Shown one piece after another: positions 18,693-26,528 of a stretch of 64,000 nucleotides of DNA. The position numbers were made by a program, and so were the translations under genes. This DNA comes from Candidatus Omnitrophota bacterium. Lineage in GTDB: Bacteria > Omnitrophota > Gorgyraeia > Tantalellales > Tantalellaceae. The stretch covers positions 13,181 to 77,180 of the forward strand of contig WJMG01000091.1 of assembly GCA_014728075.1 (NCBI GenBank). Direction: 5' to 3'. Numbering within the stretch: position 1 is the first letter of the stretch; each line of letters opens with the position of its first letter. Below the pieces are notes generated by a model. That model searched no databases, was not told the origin of the DNA, and saw only the letters and a program-made list of their open reading frames with translations.

Positions 18693-19495
18693 ACATTCCG
18701 TACGGAGCCGGAGAGGGAGGCAGGAAAGCGATCCTCTCTATAGATGACGAAACCAGTTTTACGGAACTGCTCAAGGGGTATTTTGAGCTGAGAGGCTACA
18801 GGGTCGATGTCACCAACGACGGTTCCAAGGGGCTTGAGCTCGCGAAAAGGAACCGGTACGATGTTGCGCTTCTCGACCTTAAAATGGAAGGCATGGACGG
18901 GGACGAGGTCATGCGGAAGATGAGGCGGATAAATCCCCGTACAAGGACTATATTCATAACCGCTTACAACGATTCGGGCAAGACCCGGAAGAGGCTTCTT
19001 GACGAAGGGGCCTTCGCGTTTGTGGAAAAACCGATCTCTAGCCTTAAAGACCTGGAGGAAACGGTCAGGCGGGCCGTTGAACCTCCCACAAAGAAAGGGG
19101 CTGACGCTATGCTTAAGATCCTGGTCGTGGACGACGAGATAGATATCTGTGATTTCGTGAAAAATTTTTTCAAGGACAGGAATTTCGAGGTTTTCGTGGC
19201 CCACGACGGCAGGGAGGCGCTCAACCTGGTCGAGTCCAGGAGACCCGATATAGTGCTCCTGGATGTCAAGATGCCCGTCATGGACGGCATGCAGGCCCTG
19301 AGGGAGATAAAGAAAGTGAACAGGAAAAGCCGGATAATAATGATCACGGCGGTGAACGATACCGACAGGATAGAGGAAGCGAGGCGACTCGGTGTGTACG
19401 AGTACATAACCAAGCCTCTTTTGCTGGAACAGCTGGAAAGGACCGTGCTGACCGTGGCCGAAGAGATAAAAATGGAGGAGACAGAGGGTGAATAA
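18689..19495 (+). CDS. Tandem receiver-domain response regulator (REC-REC)
   Basis: IDDE/LLDLKM/ITAY/EKP followed by VDDE/LLDVKMP/ITAV/TKP; no output domain. Confidence 0.9.
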   Translation: MNIPYGAGEGGRKAILSIDDETSFTELLKGYFELRGYRVDVTNDGSKGLELAKRNRYDVALLDLKMEGMDGDEVMRKMRRINPRTRTIFITAYNDSGKTRKRLLDEGAFAFVEKPISSLKDLEETVRRAVEPPTKKGADAMLKILVVDDEIDICDFVKNFFKDRNFEVFVAHDGREALNLVESRRPDIVLLDVKMPVMDGMQALREIKKVNRKSRIIMITAVNDTDRIEEARRLGVYEYITKPLLLEQLERTVLTVAEEIKMEETEGE

Positions 19496-20837
19496 CTCTA
19501 CGAAAAACGACAATTTCGCGCAGGAGAATAACTGGCTTAAGCTGCAGGACTGGATATCGGAAAAGATAAGGAGCTGCGACGGCGGCCTTATCCCCATGGA
19601 CAGCGACCTCGGCAGCAGGAGAGAAGAACCGGAGCTTGATTACCAGTACTTTCTCGAGAACGCGTCCAGGACCATGATACGCTTCAAGAAGGTGGAGCAC
19701 CTGATAAAGATGATCGTGCGCACCATCGACGAACAGGTAAAGGTCACTCATACGGCCATGCTGGTCCTCAGCAGGGATAAAGACTGCTTTAACCTTATCG
19801 ATTCCAAAGGCGTGGAGGGGATGAAGATACCCGTGGGGTTTATCCGCCTGACCTTTACCAACCCGCTGGTGAAATTATTCAACGAGAGGCGGAATTTCAC
19901 GATCTCCGAAACCGGGGCCGTAAGCTACAAGGGTCTGCTGGATTCGCTTACGAGGAACGAAAAAGTGGCCGGTAACACCGGGCTGTCGGAGCTTGTGAAA
20001 CTTTCGATAAAGCAGATGGAGCTTCTCAAGGCCACCCTGTGCGTCCCGATATATTACAAAAAGGACCTTCTCGGTGTCTTTGTCCTGGGGAAAAAGCTTT
20101 CCAACATGAGCTTCTGCAGGCAGGAGATAAGTTTTTTCGGAACGCTCGCCAACGATGTCGCCATGGCCATTTCGAACGCCAATCTCATACAGGACCTGCA
20201 GGAGAAGATATACGAGGTCCACGAGCTTTACGAAAGGGAGCACCGTATATTCATCAATACTTCGATCTCGCTTGCGGCCGCTATAGACGCCAGGGACCCG
20301 TATACCCACGGCCATACCGAACGAGTGACCCAGTACGCGCTTTCGATATCCGAGGAGCTTGACGATCTGCCGGAAGCACAGGCTTACCTGAACTTCAGGG
20401 AAACCCTGCACATAGCGGGCCTCCTCCACGATGTGGGGAAGATAGGAGTACCGGACAGTATATTGAACAAGGAGGACCAGCTTACTTCAGAGGAGTACGA
20501 ACGGATAAAAGAACACTCGCTTACAGGCGCGGCGATACTTTATCCGATAAGCGAACTGAAAGGCGTGTGCAACGAGGTGCGGGCGCATCACGAAAGATAC
20601 GACGGGGAAGGCTATCCTGACGGGCTGAAAGCCGACGAGATACCTTTCGTCGCGCGGATAATCGCCGTCGCGGACACCTTTGACGCCGTAACCAGCGACA
20701 GGCCGTACAGGAGGAAAAAACCGGCCGAGACGGCCGTCAGGATAATAGAGGAAAATTCGGGAACTCAGTTCGACCCGGTAGTTGTAAGCGCTTTTCTGCT
20801 GGCATATAAAAAAGGCAAGTTCAAGAATTATGTCTGA
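19488..20837 (+). CDS. GAF + HD-GYP cyclic dinucleotide phosphodiesterase
   Basis: RDPYTHGHTERV, LLHDVGKIG, HHERYDGEGYPDGL, ADTFDA, RPYR motifs all intact; GTG start. Confidence 0.92.
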   Translation: MNNSTKNDNFAQENNWLKLQDWISEKIRSCDGGLIPMDSDLGSRREEPELDYQYFLENASRTMIRFKKVEHLIKMIVRTIDEQVKVTHTAMLVLSRDKDCFNLIDSKGVEGMKIPVGFIRLTFTNPLVKLFNERRNFTISETGAVSYKGLLDSLTRNEKVAGNTGLSELVKLSIKQMELLKATLCVPIYYKKDLLGVFVLGKKLSNMSFCRQEISFFGTLANDVAMAISNANLIQDLQEKIYEVHELYEREHRIFINTSISLAAAIDARDPYTHGHTERVTQYALSISEELDDLPEAQAYLNFRETLHIAGLLHDVGKIGVPDSILNKEDQLTSEEYERIKEHSLTGAAILYPISELKGVCNEVRAHHERYDGEGYPDGLKADEIPFVARIIAVADTFDAVTSDRPYRRKKPAETAVRIIEENSGTQFDPVVVSAFLLAYKKGKFKNYV

Positions 20838-22432
20838 TCTCCGGCAGGCAGCTCTATCCTGAAAGAGGCGCCTTCCTTTGTGCTTGAGACTTTTACCGAG
20901 CCCTCGTGTTTCTCTATAATACCGTGCACTACGCTTAAGCCTAATCCGGAACCTTCGTCCTTCCTGGAGAAGAAGGGGTCGAATATCCTCTTCAGGTCTT
21001 CCTTTTCTATCCCCGTGCCGGTATCGGATATTTCAACGAACACTTTCGTTCCTTCTTTCCCGGTCCTTATTACGATCGAACCCGGCGGGCGGATCGCGTC
21101 TTTCGCGTTAAGGAGAAGGTTGAGGAAAGCCTGTTTCAATTGGACCGGATCGGCGTTTATGCGGGGAAGGTCGGACAGGTGCCTTTCAACAGATATGTTC
21201 TTTCTGAGAAAATCGTTGTTCAGGAACTCGCAAGTCTCGTTTATCAAAAGATTAACATCCGTTCTGCGTATATTGAGGCTCGCCGGTTTTGAGAATTCAA
21301 GCAATTGCCTGACGATGTTGTTGATCTTGTCGACTTCGGCCGGGACTATCCGGCAGAACTTCTCTAAAAAAACGGGGTCGTTGTGCCGGGCGGGCAAAAA
21401 CTCGGAAAAGGTCTTTATCGAGGTTAAGGGGTTCTTTATCTCATGCGCCATGCCGGCGGCAAGGGTGGATATGGCCTTGAGCTTTTCTGCTCGCTGGAGT
21501 TCATTTCTCAACTTTATATTTTCTTCGTCGATTTGCGAGATGGATCCATGAAAGAAATATTTGTCTAAAAGATATTGAATTTTGTTTTTTATAGGATTAA
21601 ATAAAAAAAGGAAAAAACATAAAATAAACAAAGAGAAAGAAATAGAATGATATTTATAGTAATTTCTAAATATATGTTCGAGAATAAAGATGGTCGAAAT
21701 GTATAGTGCTAAAAGAGTTGAAACGATAACGCTATATATAACAGTTTTTTTAAAAACTATATTAATGTCGAGTAATTTGTGTGCAATAATGGTATAAGCA
21801 AGTATTCCGATATAAATTGTTAAAAGTAAATTTAAGTAAGGGGGGATAGGGATTTTAAAAAAAAGAAAATAATTAGTTGAACCGCCTAGATATCCTGCTA
21901 TCAATGCAATGACAATATATTTTATTTTATTTTTATTTGCTGAAGATGCTTTACGATAACATTTTAATGGTGTCACAATTGATAACATAGCATAAGTGAA
22001 AAAATATGCTAAAAAAACATAATAAATTGGGCCTGGAATTCCCCAGTATGGAAAAATGTCTACAGAACGCACGCCTGATATGAAATATGGCGTAAAAATT
22101 AATAGTGCGATAGTTGTTCCGAATAAATATCCTATAAAAAGCAATTTATCTCGTTTAATCTTTAAGAGAGTAGACACGAAATGAAAAGTAGTAATAGGTA
22201 TAAATACAGCGCCTAAATGTAGGAATCGAAACCAGAATAAAACTTTAATAGGGATTGTTGATAAGGGCCAAAAGATATATCCAAAACTCCAAATTGCTAT
22301 GAAGACATTCATTATTGAAAAGCGAAAATTAATTCTTGAATGGGGGTTTTTAGATAATACATAGACGGCTAAGATAAGTGCACCTATGAAATTTATTGCT
22401 CCAGATAGTGAAAAAAAATGTAAATAATTCAT
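20828..22432 (-). CDS. Sensor histidine kinase: multi-TM (HisKA_7TM-like) sensor, HisKA, HATPase (no GAF)
   Basis: Hydrophobic N-terminus similar to that of 16533..18692; AGMAHEIKNPL; NLLLNA, DTGTGI, FDPFFS, GSGLGL. Confidence 0.92.
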   Translation of the reverse strand: MNYLHFFSLSGAINFIGALILAVYVLSKNPHSRINFRFSIMNVFIAIWSFGYIFWPLSTIPIKVLFWFRFLHLGAVFIPITTFHFVSTLLKIKRDKLLFIGYLFGTTIALLIFTPYFISGVRSVDIFPYWGIPGPIYYVFLAYFFTYAMLSIVTPLKCYRKASSANKNKIKYIVIALIAGYLGGSTNYFLFFKIPIPPYLNLLLTIYIGILAYTIIAHKLLDINIVFKKTVIYSVIVSTLLALYISTIFILEHIFRNYYKYHSISFSLFILCFFLFLFNPIKNKIQYLLDKYFFHGSISQIDEENIKLRNELQRAEKLKAISTLAAGMAHEIKNPLTSIKTFSEFLPARHNDPVFLEKFCRIVPAEVDKINNIVRQLLEFSKPASLNIRRTDVNLLINETCEFLNNDFLRKNISVERHLSDLPRINADPVQLKQAFLNLLLNAKDAIRPPGSIVIRTGKEGTKVFVEISDTGTGIEKEDLKRIFDPFFSRKDEGSGLGLSVVHGIIEKHEGSVKVSSTKEGASFRIELPAGDQT

Positions 22433-22443
22433 ATCATGGAAGA

Positions 22444-22803
22444 TTATTTTAATAAATTTCTTGTTTTTTCAAAAACTTCTGATTTGTTGAAAGGCTTGGA
22501 AATATATTCTACAGCTCCTAATTTCATTGCTTTTGTTGCCATTTCAACACTTTGATATCCCGTGATTATTATCACTTTCAGTTCCGGGGCTATTTTCCTG
22601 ATCTCCTCTAAAGTCTCAAGCCCGTTACGGACGGGCATTTTTATATCTAGAAGCAGGCCGTCGTAAGGGGCTTCTTTGATCTTGTTTACGGCTTCCGCGC
22701 CGTTATTCGCGAAATCAAGCTCGTAATCGTTTTCAAGGATAAGGTTCAGCGACTCGCGCACACCTTCCTCGTCGTCGCATATCAGTATCCGTTTTTTCTG
22801 CAT
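22444..22803 (-). CDS. Single-domain response regulator (REC only)
   Basis: ICDDE, LLDIKMP, ITGY, SKPF. Confidence 0.93.
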   Translation of the reverse strand: MQKKRILICDDEEGVRESLNLILENDYELDFANNGAEAVNKIKEAPYDGLLLDIKMPVRNGLETLEEIRKIAPELKVIIITGYQSVEMATKAMKLGAVEYISKPFNKSEVFEKTRNLLK

Positions 22804-22870
22804 TTTATTCTCCTCCTGTTATTGATTTTTGTATGGGCGCAGCGTAATGACCCGGGGCTGTGCTTATCAA

Positions 22871-23422
22871 CTATAAAGCCGGCGGAGATATTACGCAGAT
22901 CGCTTCGGCCTTTGACCTGCCCTTGTTGGTGAATGTATGGGGGAGCGAGGCGTCAAAATACAGGCTGTCGCCGGTCTTAAGCGAATAATCCGATTTTCCC
23001 ACTACGGCCGTCATCGCCCCCGAAAGTATGTAAATAAATTTCTCCACCCCGGTCCTGTTCTCTTCAGGCTGGGTCTTGCCCCCGGGATCGAGCCGTATGA
23101 CCAGGGGCATTATCTTTTTGTCCATGGTCTTGGTGACGAGCAGTTCATAGCGGGCCTTGGGCGAATGCACGAAATGCTCTGTTCTTCTTTTCCTGGGTAC
23201 GCTTTCAACTGTCTTTGATTCTTCCTCGATGCCGGCGTAAAGTTCGGCCAGCGATGTGTTCAGTGCTTTACAGATGTTCTGGTGGGCTTCCAGCGTTCCC
23301 GTCATCTTGTTGTTTTCCATTCTGCTGAGAGTCGCAAGCGCGACACCGCTTTTCTCCGACAGTTCGTTAAGGGTTATCCCGCGGTCTTTTCTCAACTGAC
23401 GCAACTTTTTGCCTATTTTCAT
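22871..23422 (-). CDS. XRE-family HTH + cupin transcriptional regulator
   Basis: IGKKLRQLRK..ITLNELSEKSGVALATLSRMEN; C-terminal GDSLYFDASLPH cupin. Confidence 0.92.
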   Translation of the reverse strand: MKIGKKLRQLRKDRGITLNELSEKSGVALATLSRMENNKMTGTLEAHQNICKALNTSLAELYAGIEEESKTVESVPRKRRTEHFVHSPKARYELLVTKTMDKKIMPLVIRLDPGGKTQPEENRTGVEKFIYILSGAMTAVVGKSDYSLKTGDSLYFDASLPHTFTNKGRSKAEAICVISPPAL

Positions 23423-23586
23423 AAGATATCCTCCCGGATGGTGTTCTGTAAAAATACCTTCAAAACAAATATACCCTTTATTTTCTAAAAAATCAAATAA
23501 TATTTAATTATTTACAAATCGACCGAAGAGCCGGCAGGTCATTATAACTTGTTACTTGAGGTGGCATATGCTAGAATTATTCAACT

Positions 23587-26376
23587 ATGGCAAAAGAATA
23601 CATTTACATTAAGGGAGCGAGGGAGCATAACCTCAAGGATATCGAGACCAGTATCCCCAGGGGTGTTCTCTGCGTGGTGACCGGGCTTTCGGGCTCCGGA
23701 AAATCTTCCCTCGCGTTCGATACCATATATGCCGAGGGCCAGCGCAGGTATGTCGAATCGCTGTCGAGCTATGCCAGGCAGTTCCTGGAACGCCTGCAGA
23801 AGCCCCGTGTGGACCATATAGAGGGGCTGTCTCCGACCATAAGCATCGAACAGAGGGCAAGCGGAAGGAATCCCCGCTCTACCGTAGGAACACAGACGGA
23901 GATATTCGATTACCTGAGGATACTCTTCGCCCGTGTGGGCATACAGCACTGCCCGGTTTGCGGAAAGCCCATATCCGGACAAAGTTCGCAGCAGATCGTG
24001 GACAACATACTGGACATGGAAGAAGGTACGCGCATAATGCTCCTCGCCCCGCTTGTTCAGGGGAGAAAAGGCGAGCATCTTGAATTGATGAAAAAGGCAA
24101 GGCAAGAAGGGGTTATCAGGCTTCGTGTAGACGGCGAGATAGCGGAGATAAGCGACAGGATACCCGATCTTAACAAGAAGGTCAAACATTCCATCGAAGC
24201 CGTTATAGACCGGATGGTCGTTAAAAAGGGGATAAGGACAAGGCTTTCGGACTCCGTTGAAACGGCTCTGCGCATGGGAGGGGGAGTAGTGATCGTTTCT
24301 CCCGCCGAAAGCCAAAAGAGATCCGGCGGTGATATATTGTTCAGCGAACAGAACGCCTGCGTGGATTGCGGTATAAGTTTTGACAAGCTCGCTCCCAGGA
24401 ATTTTTCCTTTAACAGCCCTTACGGGGCCTGCCCCGTCTGTAACGGGCTCGGGAACAAACAGGAGATCGATACCGGACTGCTCGTGAAAGACCCTTCGGA
24501 GCCGCTGATACGGGCCATAATCCCCTGGAAAAGGGGCGGTAAGGGAATGGTCCTTCATTTCAGGCGGCGGATACGGCGCCTTGCCAGGTATCACGGGTTC
24601 GATTTTAACACGCCCTGGGAAGATCTTGACGATGAGCTTCGCCGGATGGTCCTGTACGGGGATGAAGAGTCCGGTTTTGAAGGCGTTATCCCCAATCTGG
24701 AAAGGCGTTTTCAGCAGACAGACAGCGATTTCATGAAGGAGCTCATCGGATCGTTCATGTCGGAACAGCCATGCCCGGAATGCGGCGGTGACCGCCTCAG
24801 GAAAGAATCCCTGTCGGTATATGTGGACGGAAAGAATATCGCGGATATAGGAAGGATGTCGATCAAGCAGGCGAAGGAGTACTTTTCCTCGCTGAAACTT
24901 ACGGGGACTCAAAAGAAGATCGCCGAAGAGGCTCTCAAGGAGATCTGCGCCAGGCTCGATTTTATGGTGAATGTCGGCCTGAACTACCTTACGCTCGACC
25001 GTAAAAGCAATACTCTTTCCGGGGGGGAAGACCAGAGGATACGCCTTGCCACTCAGATCGGAGCCGGACTGGTCGGAGTGCTGTATGTGCTGGACGAGCC
25101 GAGTATAGGGCTTCACCAGAGGGATAACCGCAAACTTCTCGATACGCTTACGGCCCTGCGGGACCTGGGTAATTCCCTTATAGTGGTAGAGCACGACGAG
25201 GAGACGATAAGGTCGGCTGACCATATAATCGACCTGGGGCCGGGAGCGGGTGAACACGGCGGGAAAATAATAGCCCAGGGAAATATCGATGAGATCCTCG
25301 CGAGCAAAAGGTCCCTTACCGGTAAGTATCTAAGGGGCGAGATCAAGATCGAAGTGCCCGGTAAGAGGCGCAAGCCCCCCGGCGGAAATTATTTAGAGGT
25401 AAAGGGCGCCGCGGAGCATAATCTCAGGAACATAAATGTCAAGTTCCCGCTGGGCGTATTTAACTGCGTAACCGGTGTTTCAGGGTCGGGTAAAAGTACG
25501 CTGATCGACGAGATACTTTACAGGGCGCTTGCCAGAGAGCTTTACAGGGCCAAACAGACCCCCGGGAAACACAAAGCCATCAAGGGTATGGAAAACATCG
25601 ATAAGGTCATAGTGATCGACCAGGCCCCTATCGGAAGGACACCCCGGTCGAACCCCGCCACATATACGGGGGCGTTCGATCCCATAAGGAAACTTTTCAG
25701 CGGGCTTCCCGAATCCAGGCTGAGGGGATACAAGCCCGGCAGGTTCAGTTTCAATGTCAAAGGAGGCAGGTGTGAGGCCTGCCGCGGTGACGGGGTAAAA
25801 AAGATAGAGATGCATTTTCTTCCCGATGTTTATGTCCAGTGCCAGGTCTGCGGAGGACGGCGGTTCAACGACCAGACGCTCGAGGTCGCTTACAAAGGGT
25901 ATAATATCTCTGATATACTTGACCTGAGCGTGGAAGAGGCCCTTAAGGTCTTTGAGAACATACCGCCTGTGGAGGCCAGGCTCAGGACGCTTTACGATGT
26001 GGGTCTGGGCTATATAAAACTCGGGCAGCCCGCGACAACCCTTTCCGGAGGGGAGGCACAGCGCGTAAAACTTTCCACGGAGCTTTCCAGGACGGCTACT
26101 GGGAAGACCCTTTATATACTTGACGAGCCTACAACAGGCCTTCATTTCGCCGATATACACAAGCTTCTCGATGTCCTTCACCGGCTGGTCGATTCGGGGA
26201 ATACCGTTCTGGTCATCGAGCACAATCTGGATGTTATTAAGTCCGCGGACCATATCATAGACCTGGGGCCCGAAGGCGGGGACCAGGGGGGCAAGCTGGT
26301 CGCCTGCGGGACTCCCGAGGAAATAGCCGCCGAAAAGGCTTCGTACACGGGCAAATATCTCAGTGAAGTGCTTTGA
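23587..26376 (+). CDS. uvrA: Excinuclease ABC subunit A
   Basis: [17 protein letters not shown], two LSGGE signatures, zinc fingers. Confidence 0.98.
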   Translation: MAKEYIYIKGAREHNLKDIETSIPRGVLCVVTGLSGSGKSSLAFDTIYAEGQRRYVESLSSYARQFLERLQKPRVDHIEGLSPTISIEQRASGRNPRSTVGTQTEIFDYLRILFARVGIQHCPVCGKPISGQSSQQIVDNILDMEEGTRIMLLAPLVQGRKGEHLELMKKARQEGVIRLRVDGEIAEISDRIPDLNKKVKHSIEAVIDRMVVKKGIRTRLSDSVETALRMGGGVVIVSPAESQKRSGGDILFSEQNACVDCGISFDKLAPRNFSFNSPYGACPVCNGLGNKQEIDTGLLVKDPSEPLIRAIIPWKRGGKGMVLHFRRRIRRLARYHGFDFNTPWEDLDDELRRMVLYGDEESGFEGVIPNLERRFQQTDSDFMKELIGSFMSEQPCPECGGDRLRKESLSVYVDGKNIADIGRMSIKQAKEYFSSLKLTGTQKKIAEEALKEICARLDFMVNVGLNYLTLDRKSNTLSGGEDQRIRLATQIGAGLVGVLYVLDEPSIGLHQRDNRKLLDTLTALRDLGNSLIVVEHDEETIRSADHIIDLGPGAGEHGGKIIAQGNIDEILASKRSLTGKYLRGEIKIEVPGKRRKPPGGNYLEVKGAAEHNLRNINVKFPLGVFNCVTGVSGSGKSTLIDEILYRALARELYRAKQTPGKHKAIKGMENIDKVIVIDQAPIGRTPRSNPATYTGAFDPIRKLFSGLPESRLRGYKPGRFSFNVKGGRCEACRGDGVKKIEMHFLPDVYVQCQVCGGRRFNDQTLEVAYKGYNISDILDLSVEEALKVFENIPPVEARLRTLYDVGLGYIKLGQPATTLSGGEAQRVKLSTELSRTATGKTLYILDEPTTGLHFADIHKLLDVLHRLVDSGNTVLVIEHNLDVIKSADHIIDLGPEGGDQGGKLVACGTPEEIAAEKASYTGKYLSEVL

Positions 26377-26528
26377 TCTCCGGTATTTTGGTATTTGCGC
26401 TGCCCCTGCCGGCCGCTTTAAAAATACCTTGATGGCGGCTCTCTATTTTGATAGCATATATGTTATAATTATGACTTATAACCTAAACTAAGCGATCGTC
26501 CCGCGAGTTTGCGCGAAAAACCGTCTAG

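Noticed and set aside
20828-20837. 10-nt convergent overlap of the HD-GYP and kinase 2 3' ends
   Set aside because: Short tail-to-tail overlaps are common; no evidence of antisense regulation from sequence alone.
14640-23422. Signalling locus as an integrated mobile element, given the excisionase-like HTH and low GC
   Set aside because: No integrase, transposase, att repeats or flanking tRNA; most of the locus has host-like GC and only two internal blocks are AT-rich.
23423-23586. LexA/SOS box upstream of uvrA
   Set aside because: No convincing CTGT-N8-ACAG, GAAC-N4-GTTC or TGTTC-N4-GAACA match.
23581-25257. 558-aa minus-strand ORF (also 18323..19597, 51260..52615, 41729..42820 and many shorter ones)
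   Set aside because: Antisense shadows of well-supported genes such as uvrA, prfA and tsaD; no motifs and atypical composition.
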